Positions 9,303-18,517 of a stretch of DNA of 64,000 bases are shown one piece after another. The position numbers and the translations under genes are program-made. The stretch is from contig CASEWE010000009.1 in the NCBI GenBank assembly GCA_949291555.1, forward strand, positions 111,349-175,348. The letters run 5' to 3'. The DNA comes from an uncultured Bacteroidales bacterium (GTDB taxonomy: Bacteria; Bacteroidota; Bacteroidia; Bacteroidales; P3). Below the pieces are notes generated by a model. That model searched no databases. It saw nothing but the letters and a program-made list of their open reading frames with translations, and was not told the DNA's origin. Within the stretch, counting starts at the first letter, position 1, and each line of letters opens with the position of its first letter.

Positions 9303-12300
9303 TGGGAAAACTATTTGCGGCTATTTACGATTTTTTTGCCCGGCATAAGCCCCTTTATTGGATCTTGCTGGTTTTTTCCACATTGGCATTGGCTTGGGGG
9401 GCTTCCCGCTTGACCTATTACGAGGATATTACCGATTTTTTCCCCGAGGGGAAGAAGCAGTTGACGGGGGGTTTCGAAAACATGAAGTCGAAAGACCGGA
9501 TTTCCGTGCTCTTTGTGTTCGATTCATCGGCTTGCGGGGGAAAGGAAGCCGGTGCGGAGGAACGCTTGATCGAGGCGGCGGAAAGCTTCGGGGAGCGCGC
9601 TGCCCGGGATGCCTTTTTTTCCTCGCATGCCTGTTGGAGCGCCCGGATAGATGTTTCGGAAGCCGATACGCTCATGGAATTCCTTTACGGGAACTTGCCC
9701 GTATTCCTTTCCGATTCGGCTTTTTCCCGCCTTGATTCCTTGCTCCAGCCCGGCTTCATGGAACGGGCCTTGCAGGAAAATTACCGCTGGCTGTTTTCTC
9801 CCATGGGGGCTTTCATGGCGGAGACCCTCTACCGGGATCCTTTCGGGTTCGGGCACGAGGCTTTGGCGAACCTGCAGGCCTTGTCGGGCGGGTTCGACTA
9901 CCTTTTGCAGGACGGGTACATCTTTTCCAAGGACGGGAATTGCTTGCTTTCTTACATAGACCCCGGCGTGGATGCCAACAGCCCGGAAGCGAAAGGCTTG
10001 GTTTCGCGGGTAAGAGAATTTTCGGAGCAGGTGGAGCTGCAATGCCCGGGCGTCGAGGTGCAGGCTTACGGGGCCTTGCTGGTGGCGGCAGGCAATTCCG
10101 AACGCGTGAAGAAAGACACCTTGCTGACTGTCGGGGTGGCCTTGCTTTTGGTTGTTGCCTTGATTGCGTTTTCGTTCCGGAACAAGTGGAGCCTGCTTTG
10201 GGTGCTGGCTCCGGTTCTGTACGGAGGATTGGCCGCCATGGCTTCCATGTACGTTCTCAAAGGGGATATTTCGTTGATAGCGATGGGGTCGGGCGCGGTC
10301 GTGCTGGGAATCGCCTTGAGCTATTCCATGCATGTGCTTTCGCATGCCAACCATTGCCATGACATGCGGGAGGTGGTCCGCGAACTATCTGCGCCTTTGA
10401 CCATCGGCAGCTTCACGACCATCGGGGCCTTTGCCGGCCTTACCTTCACCACCTCTTCCTTGTTGCAGGATTTCGGCCTTTTCGCTGCGTTCGCCCTGAT
10501 AGGGACGACGCTGTTTTCGCTGGTCTTCCTTCCGCACTTGATTGCAAAGGGGAAACCGGCGGAAGCCAATGCGTTGCTGAGGGCTGTGGAAAGGATCTCT
10601 TCGGCAGGCTTGGATCGCAATCCTTTCCTGATAGGATTGATCGGGGCGGTTTCGATAGTTTGCCTGTTCTTTTTCCAGAAAGTGGGCTTCGACAGCGATA
10701 TGATGAAGCTCAATTACCAGAGCCCGGAATTGGATGCCGCCCAGGAACGCTTGGAAAGTTTTCAAGGCGAGCAAGACCGTTACGATGGCGTTTTTGTTGC
10801 CGTTTCCGACTCTTCGGGGAGCGGGGCTGCGGCAAGGTACCAGCAGCTTTGCCGGGTTCTGGACAGTCTTGCCGCCCGCTCGGAAATAGGCCGGTATTCA
10901 TCGGTTTCCGCGTTCGTGCTTCCTGAAACGGTGCAGCAGGAGCGGATAGAGCGCTGGAACGCGTTCTGGACGGAAGCCCGCACGGAAGAACTGCTGGCAC
11001 GCTTGGAGGAATCGGCAGGAATGACCGGTTTCGAACCAGGGGCTTTCTCGGCTTTCGGGGATTTGGTGAAGAAGGATTACGAACCTGTCCGTTACGATGC
11101 CTCCGGAGAGGGCAGTTTCGCCCGGGCTTTTCCCGACTGGATTTCCTTTTCCGGGAGCGGGATTTCTTTCTTGACGAATGTCCGACTGGAAGAGGATAGC
11201 AAGCCGGCGGTGTACGAGTCGCTTTCCGGCTGCCCGGGCGTGATGGCTTTGGATCGGGCCTTTTTCGCCGGGATGATGGCCGAAGACGTCAATTACAACT
11301 TCAATTTGATTCTGGCCATATCGGGGATATTGGTCTTTGCGGCATTGCTGCTGTCTTACGGCCGGATGGAACTGGTGCTGATGCTCTGCCTTCCCATGTT
11401 CCTTACATGGGTGGTCATATTGGGCGCCATGGCTGTTTTCGGGATAGAATTCAATATCGTTACCATCATTTTGTCCACGTTTATTTTCGGCATAGGCGAT
11501 GATTTCAGCATTTTCGTGATGGATGGCTTGCTGGGCAAGTACAAAGACGGTTCCGATGTGCTTTCGGCCCATAAGACGGCTATCTTTTTTTCGGCCTTCA
11601 CCATGATAGCCGGCATGGGATCCTTGGTTTTTGCCCGTCATCCGGCCATGCATTCCCTGGGCTTGATTTCCTTGCTGGGAATTGTGGTGGTGGTCTTGAT
11701 GGTATATACGGTATTGCCGGTCGTTTTCCGGCTTTTTATCGGGACGCCGGCCGGCAAGGGAGGCTTCCCTTGGACTTTGGCCGGGCTGCTCAATTCGCTT
11801 TACGCGTTCGGCTTGTTCGGCATAGGCTGTCTGGTAATCCAGACAGGAATGCTGCTGGTCCTTCCTCTTCCCGTGAAAGGGGAAAAGCGGAGGCAGTGGA
11901 TACAAAGCCTTACCAGCTGGTCGACCCGCGTGTTCATGAAAGCCATGGTTTCGGGTCGGCAGATTACCCTCAACCCGTCCGGCGAGGATTTCCGGAAGCC
12001 GGCTATGGTCATTGCCAACCACCAGTCTTTCATCGATATCCTCATCTTGATGGGCATGCACCGGAAATTCGTGATGATGACCAATTCCTGGGTCTGGAAA
12101 TCGCCTTTCTTCGGGAGGATAATCCGTTATTTGGGTTTCCTCTATGCCAAAGACGGCCCGGAAAACATGGTTCGGGAGGCAGAGGAGAAAGTGAAGCAAG
12201 GTTACAGCATCCTGGTTTTCCCGGAGGGAACCCGCTCCAAGGACGGCCGGATCGGGAGATTCCACAAGGGAGCCTTTTACTTGGCAAGGGAGTTGCGGCT

Positions 12301-13168
12301 GGACCTCGTTCCGATCGTGTTGTACGGGAACGGGCTCATATCCTCCAAGCAACAGCCTTTTTACATAAAAAAGGGATTGATGGTTTCCAAGATCCTGCCC
12401 CGGATTCCTTACGGTTCGGGCATGTACGGGGAAAGCTGTGCCGAGCAGGCCCGGGACATGGCCCGTTATTTCCGGGATGAATACGCAAGGCTTTATGAAA
12501 CGTACAATCGTCCGGTCAATTTCCATTTCAAGGATGCGTTGCTGAAGAATTACATTTACAAGGGCCCGGTCCTGGAATGGTACATGCGGGTAAAGTGCCG
12601 GCTGGAGAATGCTTATGCCGCGTACGACCGGCTCCTGCCCCGGGAAGGCGTGCTTGTCGATCTGGGCTGCGGTTACGGGGCTGTTTCCTACATGTTGGGC
12701 ATGTTGTCGGGCCGGAGGCGCATCCTTGCGTTCGATTACGATGCGGAAAAAATCGCGCTGGCGCGGAATTGCTATGCCCGTTCGCCTCGGATTTCCTTCC
12801 AGTGCGCCGATATCCGCGCCTGCAGCTTGCCCGAGGCGGATGCGTTCCTTTTGAGCGATGTCCTGCACTATCTTTCCAAGGCGGATCAGGAAAAGATTGT
12901 CGGGGAATGCCTCCGGAAGGTGCGGAAGGGCGGATGCGTCTTGGTCCGGGAGGGCGATTCTTCGGAAAAGCGGAAACATGAAAGGACGAAGTGGACGGAA
13001 ATCTGGTCTACCCGGATCTTGCGCTTCAATAAGACCGATGGGGAATTAGTGTTCCTTTCGCAAGACGAGCTTTGCGCCATGGCGCGCGCCCAAGGTTTCT
13101 CGCTGAGCGTGGAAAAGGCAGGGCGGAAGACCAGCAATACCCTGTTCTTGTTGAAAAAGGAGGAATAG
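9302..13168 (+). CDS. trifunctional fusion: MMPL/RND-type transporter + lysophospholipid (PlsC-type) acyltransferase + class I SAM methyltransferase
   Basis: ~1288 aa. The N-terminal ~850 aa has two blocks of TM helices typical of MMPL exporters. HX4D acyltransferase motif NHQSFID at 12017-12037 plus FPEGTRS. SAM motif I VLVDLGCGYG near 12650-12679. ATG 9302 shares one base with the upstream TGA (TGATG). Confidence 0.8.
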   Translation: MGKLFAAIYDFFARHKPLYWILLVFSTLALAWGASRLTYYEDITDFFPEGKKQLTGGFENMKSKDRISVLFVFDSSACGGKEAGAEERLIEAAESFGERAARDAFFSSHACWSARIDVSEADTLMEFLYGNLPVFLSDSAFSRLDSLLQPGFMERALQENYRWLFSPMGAFMAETLYRDPFGFGHEALANLQALSGGFDYLLQDGYIFSKDGNCLLSYIDPGVDANSPEAKGLVSRVREFSEQVELQCPGVEVQAYGALLVAAGNSERVKKDTLLTVGVALLLVVALIAFSFRNKWSLLWVLAPVLYGGLAAMASMYVLKGDISLIAMGSGAVVLGIALSYSMHVLSHANHCHDMREVVRELSAPLTIGSFTTIGAFAGLTFTTSSLLQDFGLFAAFALIGTTLFSLVFLPHLIAKGKPAEANALLRAVERISSAGLDRNPFLIGLIGAVSIVCLFFFQKVGFDSDMMKLNYQSPELDAAQERLESFQGEQDRYDGVFVAVSDSSGSGAAARYQQLCRVLDSLAARSEIGRYSSVSAFVLPETVQQERIERWNAFWTEARTEELLARLEESAGMTGFEPGAFSAFGDLVKKDYEPVRYDASGEGSFARAFPDWISFSGSGISFLTNVRLEEDSKPAVYESLSGCPGVMALDRAFFAGMMAEDVNYNFNLILAISGILVFAALLLSYGRMELVLMLCLPMFLTWVVILGAMAVFGIEFNIVTIILSTFIFGIGDDFSIFVMDGLLGKYKDGSDVLSAHKTAIFFSAFTMIAGMGSLVFARHPAMHSLGLISLLGIVVVVLMVYTVLPVVFRLFIGTPAGKGGFPWTLAGLLNSLYAFGLFGIGCLVIQTGMLLVLPLPVKGEKRRQWIQSLTSWSTRVFMKAMVSGRQITLNPSGEDFRKPAMVIANHQSFIDILILMGMHRKFVMMTNSWVWKSPFFGRIIRYLGFLYAKDGPENMVREAEEKVKQGYSILVFPEGTRSKDGRIGRFHKGAFYLARELRLDLVPIVLYGNGLISSKQQPFYIKKGLMVSKILPRIPYGSGMYGESCAEQARDMARYFRDEYARLYETYNRPVNFHFKDALLKNYIYKGPVLEWYMRVKCRLENAYAAYDRLLPREGVLVDLGCGYGAVSYMLGMLSGRRRILAFDYDAEKIALARNCYARSPRISFQCADIRACSLPEADAFLLSDVLHYLSKADQEKIVGECLRKVRKGGCVLVREGDSSEKRKHERTKWTEIWSTRILRFNKTDGELVFLSQDELCAMARAQGFSLSVEKAGRKTSNTLFLLKKEE

Positions 13169-13170
13169 CG

Positions 13171-14664
13171 ATGGAACACAAGCACGATGTTGTCATTATA
13201 GGGAGCGGCTTGGGTGGATTGGAATGCGGCCTGATGCTCGCCAAGGAAGGTTGGGATGTCTGCCTCCTGGAGCAGGATGCTTTCTTTGGCGGCTGCTTCC
13301 GTTCTTTCCTGCGCAAAGGCCGGCATATCGATACCGGGATCCACTTTGTCGGGAGCATGGGGGAAGGGCAGATACTTCGCCAGTACTTCAAGTATTTCGG
13401 CTTGATGGATTCGCTTTCGGTCGTGGCCTTGGACAACGATTTCGATACGATTTGCTTTCCTCGGGGCGAAGAATACCGGCATGTCCACGGGTACGAGGGC
13501 TTTATCGGCACGCTTTCGGAACAATTCCCGTCCGAGCGGGAAGGTTTGGTCAGGTATTGCCGTAAAATCAAGGAAATAGGCGAAACCATAAGCGTGGACG
13601 TGCATCGGTCGGGCAAGCTTTCCTCGGGCGGGCTTGGCAATTTGGGGACACAGGCGTGGGCTTTCATTTGCGATTGCGTTTCCGACCCTTTGCTCCGGCA
13701 GGTGCTCGCGGGCAACAATCCCTTGTACGGGGGCAGGAAGGATGCTTCGAACCTGTACCATCACGCCATGATAACCCATTCCAACATCGAGGGTTGTTAC
13801 CGTTTCGCGGGAGGGACGCAGAAGGTGGCCGATGCGATGGCCGGAAAGATTGCGTCCTATGGCGGCTGCTTGCACAGCCGCCAGCAGGCAATCCGTTTGG
13901 TAGCTTCCGGAGACAAGGTGGACTATGTGGAAACCCGGCAAGGGGAACGTTTCAGGGCGCGGTACTACATCTCGGATCTGCATCCGGCCGCCACGTTCAA
14001 CATGATGGAAGGAAGCACGGTAGTGAAGAAGGCCTACAAGAGCCGGCTGAACGCTTTGCCGAACACCTACGGATTGTTTTCCGTTTACCTGATCATGAAA
14101 CCCGGCACGGTGCCGTATCTCAACAAGAATTATTATCTCTACGCGCAGGACGATGTCTGGGACACGGTCATGGGGAAGGATTTGCGCCCCAAGGCCATGA
14201 TGCTGAGCATGCAGCCCAAAGAAGAAGGGGCCCGGTTCAGCGATGTGGCAACGTTGATGAGCCCGGTTGATAGCCAGTTGTTCTCTCCGTGGGCCAGCGA
14301 GGAGAGCGGCAAGCGCTCGGCGGAATATTATGCGCTGAAGGAGGAGATCGCGGCCCGCATGGTTTCGGCCATGGAGGCCCGTTTTCCCGGAATGGCAAGC
14401 CGGGTGGAACATGTCTGCTCGGCTTCCCCGCTCACGTACCATTCTTATACGGGAACGCCGCAGGGTACCGCCTACGGCTTACTGAAAGACTATTCCCGCG
14501 TGCTGGCTTCCTTGATACCGGCCAGGACGAAACTGGAGAACCTTTTGCTTACCGGCCAGAACTTGAACGTGCATGGCGCGCTGGGGGTTACCTTGACAGC
14601 GGCGGCCACCTGCTCGGAACTTCTGGGAACGGAATATCTGGCGAAAAAGATAGGGAGGGCGTAA
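13171..14664 (+). CDS. FAD/NAD(P)-dependent oxidoreductase, phytoene desaturase (CrtI) family
   Basis: 497 aa from ATG 13171, 2 nt after the upstream stop. Dinucleotide-binding motif DVVIIGSGLGGLECG...LLEQ. Confidence 0.85.
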   Translation: MEHKHDVVIIGSGLGGLECGLMLAKEGWDVCLLEQDAFFGGCFRSFLRKGRHIDTGIHFVGSMGEGQILRQYFKYFGLMDSLSVVALDNDFDTICFPRGEEYRHVHGYEGFIGTLSEQFPSEREGLVRYCRKIKEIGETISVDVHRSGKLSSGGLGNLGTQAWAFICDCVSDPLLRQVLAGNNPLYGGRKDASNLYHHAMITHSNIEGCYRFAGGTQKVADAMAGKIASYGGCLHSRQQAIRLVASGDKVDYVETRQGERFRARYYISDLHPAATFNMMEGSTVVKKAYKSRLNALPNTYGLFSVYLIMKPGTVPYLNKNYYLYAQDDVWDTVMGKDLRPKAMMLSMQPKEEGARFSDVATLMSPVDSQLFSPWASEESGKRSAEYYALKEEIAARMVSAMEARFPGMASRVEHVCSASPLTYHSYTGTPQGTAYGLLKDYSRVLASLIPARTKLENLLLTGQNLNVHGALGVTLTAAATCSELLGTEYLAKKIGRA

Positions 14665-16320
14665 ATGAAACGGAAGATTTTGAAGATCATTGTCGCGGCA
14701 GTCTTGCTGCTTGTCTGCTTGCCGGTTTTTGCCGTGCTGGCCATGTATTGGGCCGCCGACATGGGCGAACCGGTTTTGCAGGTCTCGCAGCCGCAGTACG
14801 CCCTTCATCGGGATGGCGCCCGGGTTTATTGCGGGGAGTCTTTCCTCGAATACGACAGTTGCGGCTTGTGGGAACTGTATGTGGAGGGAAGCGGTCAGGA
14901 GAGAGGGGCCAGGCAAGGCGCGTTGACGAAGGAACTGATGCGCTATCAGGAAGATGTTTTCGTGGCGCAGATCCGGCGATGGATTCCTTCCGACCGCTAT
15001 CTGGGCTTTTTGCGCTTCCTGATCGTGGCCTTCAACCGGGATCTGGGCCGCCATGTGCCCTTGGAATACCGCGACGAGATAGCCGGCATGGCTTTGTTCT
15101 GCACGCACGATTACGATGCCATCGGCACGCCTTACGAGCGGCAGCTGAATTACCATGCGGCCCATGACATCGGGCATGCCATGCAGCAGTACATGCTGGT
15201 GGGGTGCAGCTCGTTCGGGGTCTGGGGCGGGGAATCGGCTTCGGGTTCCTTGCTGGTGGGAAGGAATTTCGACTTTTACATGGGCGAGGACTTCGCCCGG
15301 CACAAAATGGTGGTTTTCGCCGTGCCCGATAGCGGTTACCGTTATGCCAGCATCGCTTGGCCGGGCATGCTCGGCGTCTTGTCGGGCATGAACGCCCAAG
15401 GCCTGACGGTGACGCTCAATGCGGCTCGCGGGCCCATGCCCTTGGCTTCGGCCACGCCTATTTCGATTCTGGCCCGGGAAATACTCCAGTATGCCGCCAA
15501 TATAGAGGAAGCCTATGCGATCGCCGCCCGGAGGAAGACTTTCGTGAGCGAGTCCATCCTGATAGGCTCGGCCCGCGACCATCGTTGCGCCATTATCGAG
15601 AAAACGCCCGAAGAGACGGTCTTGTACGAACCGGCGGGCGAAAGAGCCGTTTGCACCAATCATTACCAGTCCGAGGCATTGGCCGATAGCAAGGACAATC
15701 GGGAAAATATCGCTGCCAGCGACAGCTGGTACCGTTACCAGCGGCTGGAAGAACTTCTGGAAGATTCCTTACCTTTGGACTACGGAAAAGCGGCGGGGAT
15801 ATTGAGGAACCGGTACGGTTTGGACGGGGAAGACATAGGTCTTGGAAACGAAAAGGCGTTGAACCAGTTCATTGCGCATCATTCGGTGGTGTTCGAACCG
15901 GAAAGCCATCGGATGTGGGTCTCGACCCATCCTTGGCAATCGGGCTCTTTCTCCTGCTACGATTTGTCGGCTTTCTTCCTGCGCGATTCCCTTCCCCGGA
16001 AGGAAGCGGTTTTGCGCATACCTGCCGATTCGGCATTCCTGGAAAAGGATTACTTCTCCTTGCAGGAATACCGGGCCGGATTGAAGGCGATAGCCGAAGC
16101 CCGGGAGAGGGGCGGGGTTTTGCCGCAAGGCTTCGCCGAGGCTTTCCTGTCTAGCAATCCCCGGCATTACCATGCCTACCAGGCCTTGGGCGATTATTAC
16201 CGGGATAAAGGCAAGAAGGATTCGGCGCGCCTCCTGTACGAAAAATCCTTGGAGTGCGAGATTCCTTGGTTATCCGACCGGGAAGAGATAGAAAAGCAAT
16301 TAAAACGCATGGGAAGATGA
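14665..16320 (+). CDS. membrane-anchored C45-family (acyl-CoA:6-APA acyltransferase-like) protein with TPR-like C-terminus
   Basis: N-terminal TM helix (IIVAAVLLLVCLPVFAVLAMYW). Candidate Ntn nucleophile context LVGCSSFGVWG. C-terminal YHAYQALGDYYRDKGKKDSARLLYEKSLE looks TPR-like. Starts immediately after the upstream stop. Confidence 0.6.
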   Translation: MKRKILKIIVAAVLLLVCLPVFAVLAMYWAADMGEPVLQVSQPQYALHRDGARVYCGESFLEYDSCGLWELYVEGSGQERGARQGALTKELMRYQEDVFVAQIRRWIPSDRYLGFLRFLIVAFNRDLGRHVPLEYRDEIAGMALFCTHDYDAIGTPYERQLNYHAAHDIGHAMQQYMLVGCSSFGVWGGESASGSLLVGRNFDFYMGEDFARHKMVVFAVPDSGYRYASIAWPGMLGVLSGMNAQGLTVTLNAARGPMPLASATPISILAREILQYAANIEEAYAIAARRKTFVSESILIGSARDHRCAIIEKTPEETVLYEPAGERAVCTNHYQSEALADSKDNRENIAASDSWYRYQRLEELLEDSLPLDYGKAAGILRNRYGLDGEDIGLGNEKALNQFIAHHSVVFEPESHRMWVSTHPWQSGSFSCYDLSAFFLRDSLPRKEAVLRIPADSAFLEKDYFSLQEYRAGLKAIAEARERGGVLPQGFAEAFLSSNPRHYHAYQALGDYYRDKGKKDSARLLYEKSLECEIPWLSDREEIEKQLKRMGR

Positions 16321-17633
16321 TACGTTCGCCGCGACTTCAGTTCGAACCGAAGGATCGGATCAGGGAATTTCAAGACCGGAGGCTGCGCGAGGAGGTGAGC
16401 TACATGGCAAGTTTTTCCCCGTTTTACAAGGATAGGTTCGCTGCCTATGGCCTGTCTCCCGGGCAAATAAGCTCGGTGGATGATCTGCCGCTCCTTCCGG
16501 TCACGACCAAGGAAGACTTGCAGCGGGAGAACGCCCGGTTCGTCGCCGCGCCGAAAAACACCATCATCGATTATGTTACCACTTCCGGCACCTTGGGCGA
16601 TCCGGTTTCGTTCGCTTTGACCGATACGGATCTGGACAGGCTGGCTTATAACGAATCCCAGTCGTTCAAGACCGCCGGATGCACGGCAGAAGATATCATC
16701 CAGTTGATGACCACCATCGACAAACGGTTCATGGCAGGGCTGGCTTATTTCCTGGGAGCCCGGGAACTGGGTTGCGGGGTGACCCGGGTCGGGAACGGGA
16801 TCCCGGAATTGCAGTGGGATACGGTCAGGCGGGTCTTGCCCACGGCATGTATCGCTGTCCCGTCTTTTTTGCTGAAACTGGTGGAATTTGCCCGGAACCA
16901 CGGCATAAACCATCACGCCTCTTCGTTGAAACGGGCCATTTGCATAGGCGAAGCCCTGCGTCTCCCGACCGGGGAATACAATGCCTTGGGAAGCCGGATC
17001 GCGGAGGAATGGCCCGAAATGGAACTTTTTTCCACCTATGCCTCGACCGAGATGCAGAGCTCGTTGACCGAATGCGGCTTCCATTGCGGCTGCCACGTGC
17101 CTCCCGATCTGATTATCGTGGAATTGCTCGACGACAGGAACCAGCCGGTTTCCCCGGGGCAGGAAGGCGAGGTGACCATTACCACGCTTGGCGTGCGGGG
17201 CATGCCTTTGCTCCGGTTCAAGACGGGCGACATCTGCATAGCCGATACCCGGCCGTGCCGTTGCGGGAGGGAGACGATGCGGCTGAGTTCGGTCCTGGGC
17301 CGGAAAGGGCAGATGATAAAATACAAAGGGACTACGCTTTATCCGGCGGCTTTGTACGAGATTCTCGACAATGTTCCGGGTATTGCCAATTACCAGGTAG
17401 AGGTCTACACGGGAAGCATAGGAACCGACCAGATACGGGTCTGGATCGGAAGCCCGCGCGCGAGCGAGGCGTTCGAAAAGGAGTTGAAGGATATCTTCCG
17501 CGCCAAGGTGCGCGTGGCCCCGGAAATCCGCTTCGAGCCGATTGAACGGGTGGCCGCCTTGCTGATGCCGCCTTCTACCCGGAAGCAGGTGAAATTCGTG
17601 GACAGGAGGGGAAAATGCGGGGAAGGTTCATGA
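16317..17633 (+). CDS. phenylacetate-CoA ligase (PaaK)/F390-synthetase-like adenylating enzyme
   Basis: 438 aa from ATG 16317 (ATGA overlap with the upstream stop). Motifs VTTSGTLGDP (P-loop-like), STYASTE and FKTGD; PaaK-like length. Confidence 0.8.
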   Translation: MIRSPRLQFEPKDRIREFQDRRLREEVSYMASFSPFYKDRFAAYGLSPGQISSVDDLPLLPVTTKEDLQRENARFVAAPKNTIIDYVTTSGTLGDPVSFALTDTDLDRLAYNESQSFKTAGCTAEDIIQLMTTIDKRFMAGLAYFLGARELGCGVTRVGNGIPELQWDTVRRVLPTACIAVPSFLLKLVEFARNHGINHHASSLKRAICIGEALRLPTGEYNALGSRIAEEWPEMELFSTYASTEMQSSLTECGFHCGCHVPPDLIIVELLDDRNQPVSPGQEGEVTITTLGVRGMPLLRFKTGDICIADTRPCRCGRETMRLSSVLGRKGQMIKYKGTTLYPAALYEILDNVPGIANYQVEVYTGSIGTDQIRVWIGSPRASEAFEKELKDIFRAKVRVAPEIRFEPIERVAALLMPPSTRKQVKFVDRRGKCGEGS

Positions 17634-17779
17634 ACGCGGGGAATCCGAGGAAACGGTTGGACAAAAGAAGATGATTCCGCTGGCAGCTGCTTCTGCCCGG
17701 GGCCGCAAACCGGATCAAATGAATGAAGAAAGAAGCTATTGCTTCTTGAAAATCATGTCGTACAAAAAAACAAGGTGCC

Positions 17780-18412
17780 ATGAAAAAGAAATCCTTCTTC
17801 TCGATGCTGGTGTTCGCAACCCTTTTTGCTGGATTGTCGGCGCAAGAGGCCGCCAAGCCGGCGCAAGTGGAGTTTCACGGAGTCGATTTTTCGGAAACCG
17901 CGGTGATGTGGGCCGAAGAAACGGGACCTGAATTCGTGGAAGCGTTCAAAGGAATAAACAGGCTGATGTTGTCCGAACCGGGCAAGTACGATGTAGGGAA
18001 GTTTCTCGGTTTTTCTTCCGTTTCAGGCAGGGAAATCGAGACTGCTTGGCACCGGGCCGAGGCTTGGGATTCGAATTTCCTGCGGGACAAGAGCCGCGAG
18101 GAATTTTCGGACGAGGATCTTGCCCGGATCCTGTCGGCTTACCCCGAGTCGGAAACCGCCGGCTTGCTGATTGTAGCCCTTTGCCTGGACAAGGGCAGGG
18201 AAGAGGGCCGTTTCATGGCGGTGGCTTTCGATGGCAAGACGAAAGAAATACGCTGGAAACGTTCTTTTTCGGGCGAGGCCGGCGGCTTCGGCTTGCGCAA
18301 TTATTGGGCCGGTTCGCTTTACGATGGCTTGGAAAAGGTTTACGTGGAGATGGAGAAAGAAGCGCTGGATGCCTGGAAGGCTCGCAAACCCAAATCCCGG
18401 AAAAGGAAATAA
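17780..18412 (+). CDS. secreted hypothetical protein
   Basis: 210 aa. Clear signal peptide MKKKSFFSMLVFATLFAGLSAQE and lysine-rich C-terminus. No family recognised. Confidence 0.6.
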   Translation: MKKKSFFSMLVFATLFAGLSAQEAAKPAQVEFHGVDFSETAVMWAEETGPEFVEAFKGINRLMLSEPGKYDVGKFLGFSSVSGREIETAWHRAEAWDSNFLRDKSREEFSDEDLARILSAYPESETAGLLIVALCLDKGREEGRFMAVAFDGKTKEIRWKRSFSGEAGGFGLRNYWAGSLYDGLEKVYVEMEKEALDAWKARKPKSRKRK

Positions 18413-18517
18413 GGGATCACGCAAGCCTTCGCGGCTTTCATGCGGTTTTCAGGATTCTGCAATTAGGAGTCGATCTTTTCTGGTGCCGCAAGCCGGCCCG
18501 GGTTCAAAACGGAAATT

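Noticed and set aside
10898-14442. 693-aa and 518-aa - strand ORFs
   Set aside because: Antisense to the MMPL-fusion and CrtI-like genes of a tightly coupled + strand operon, with Arg/Pro/Gly/His-rich composition.
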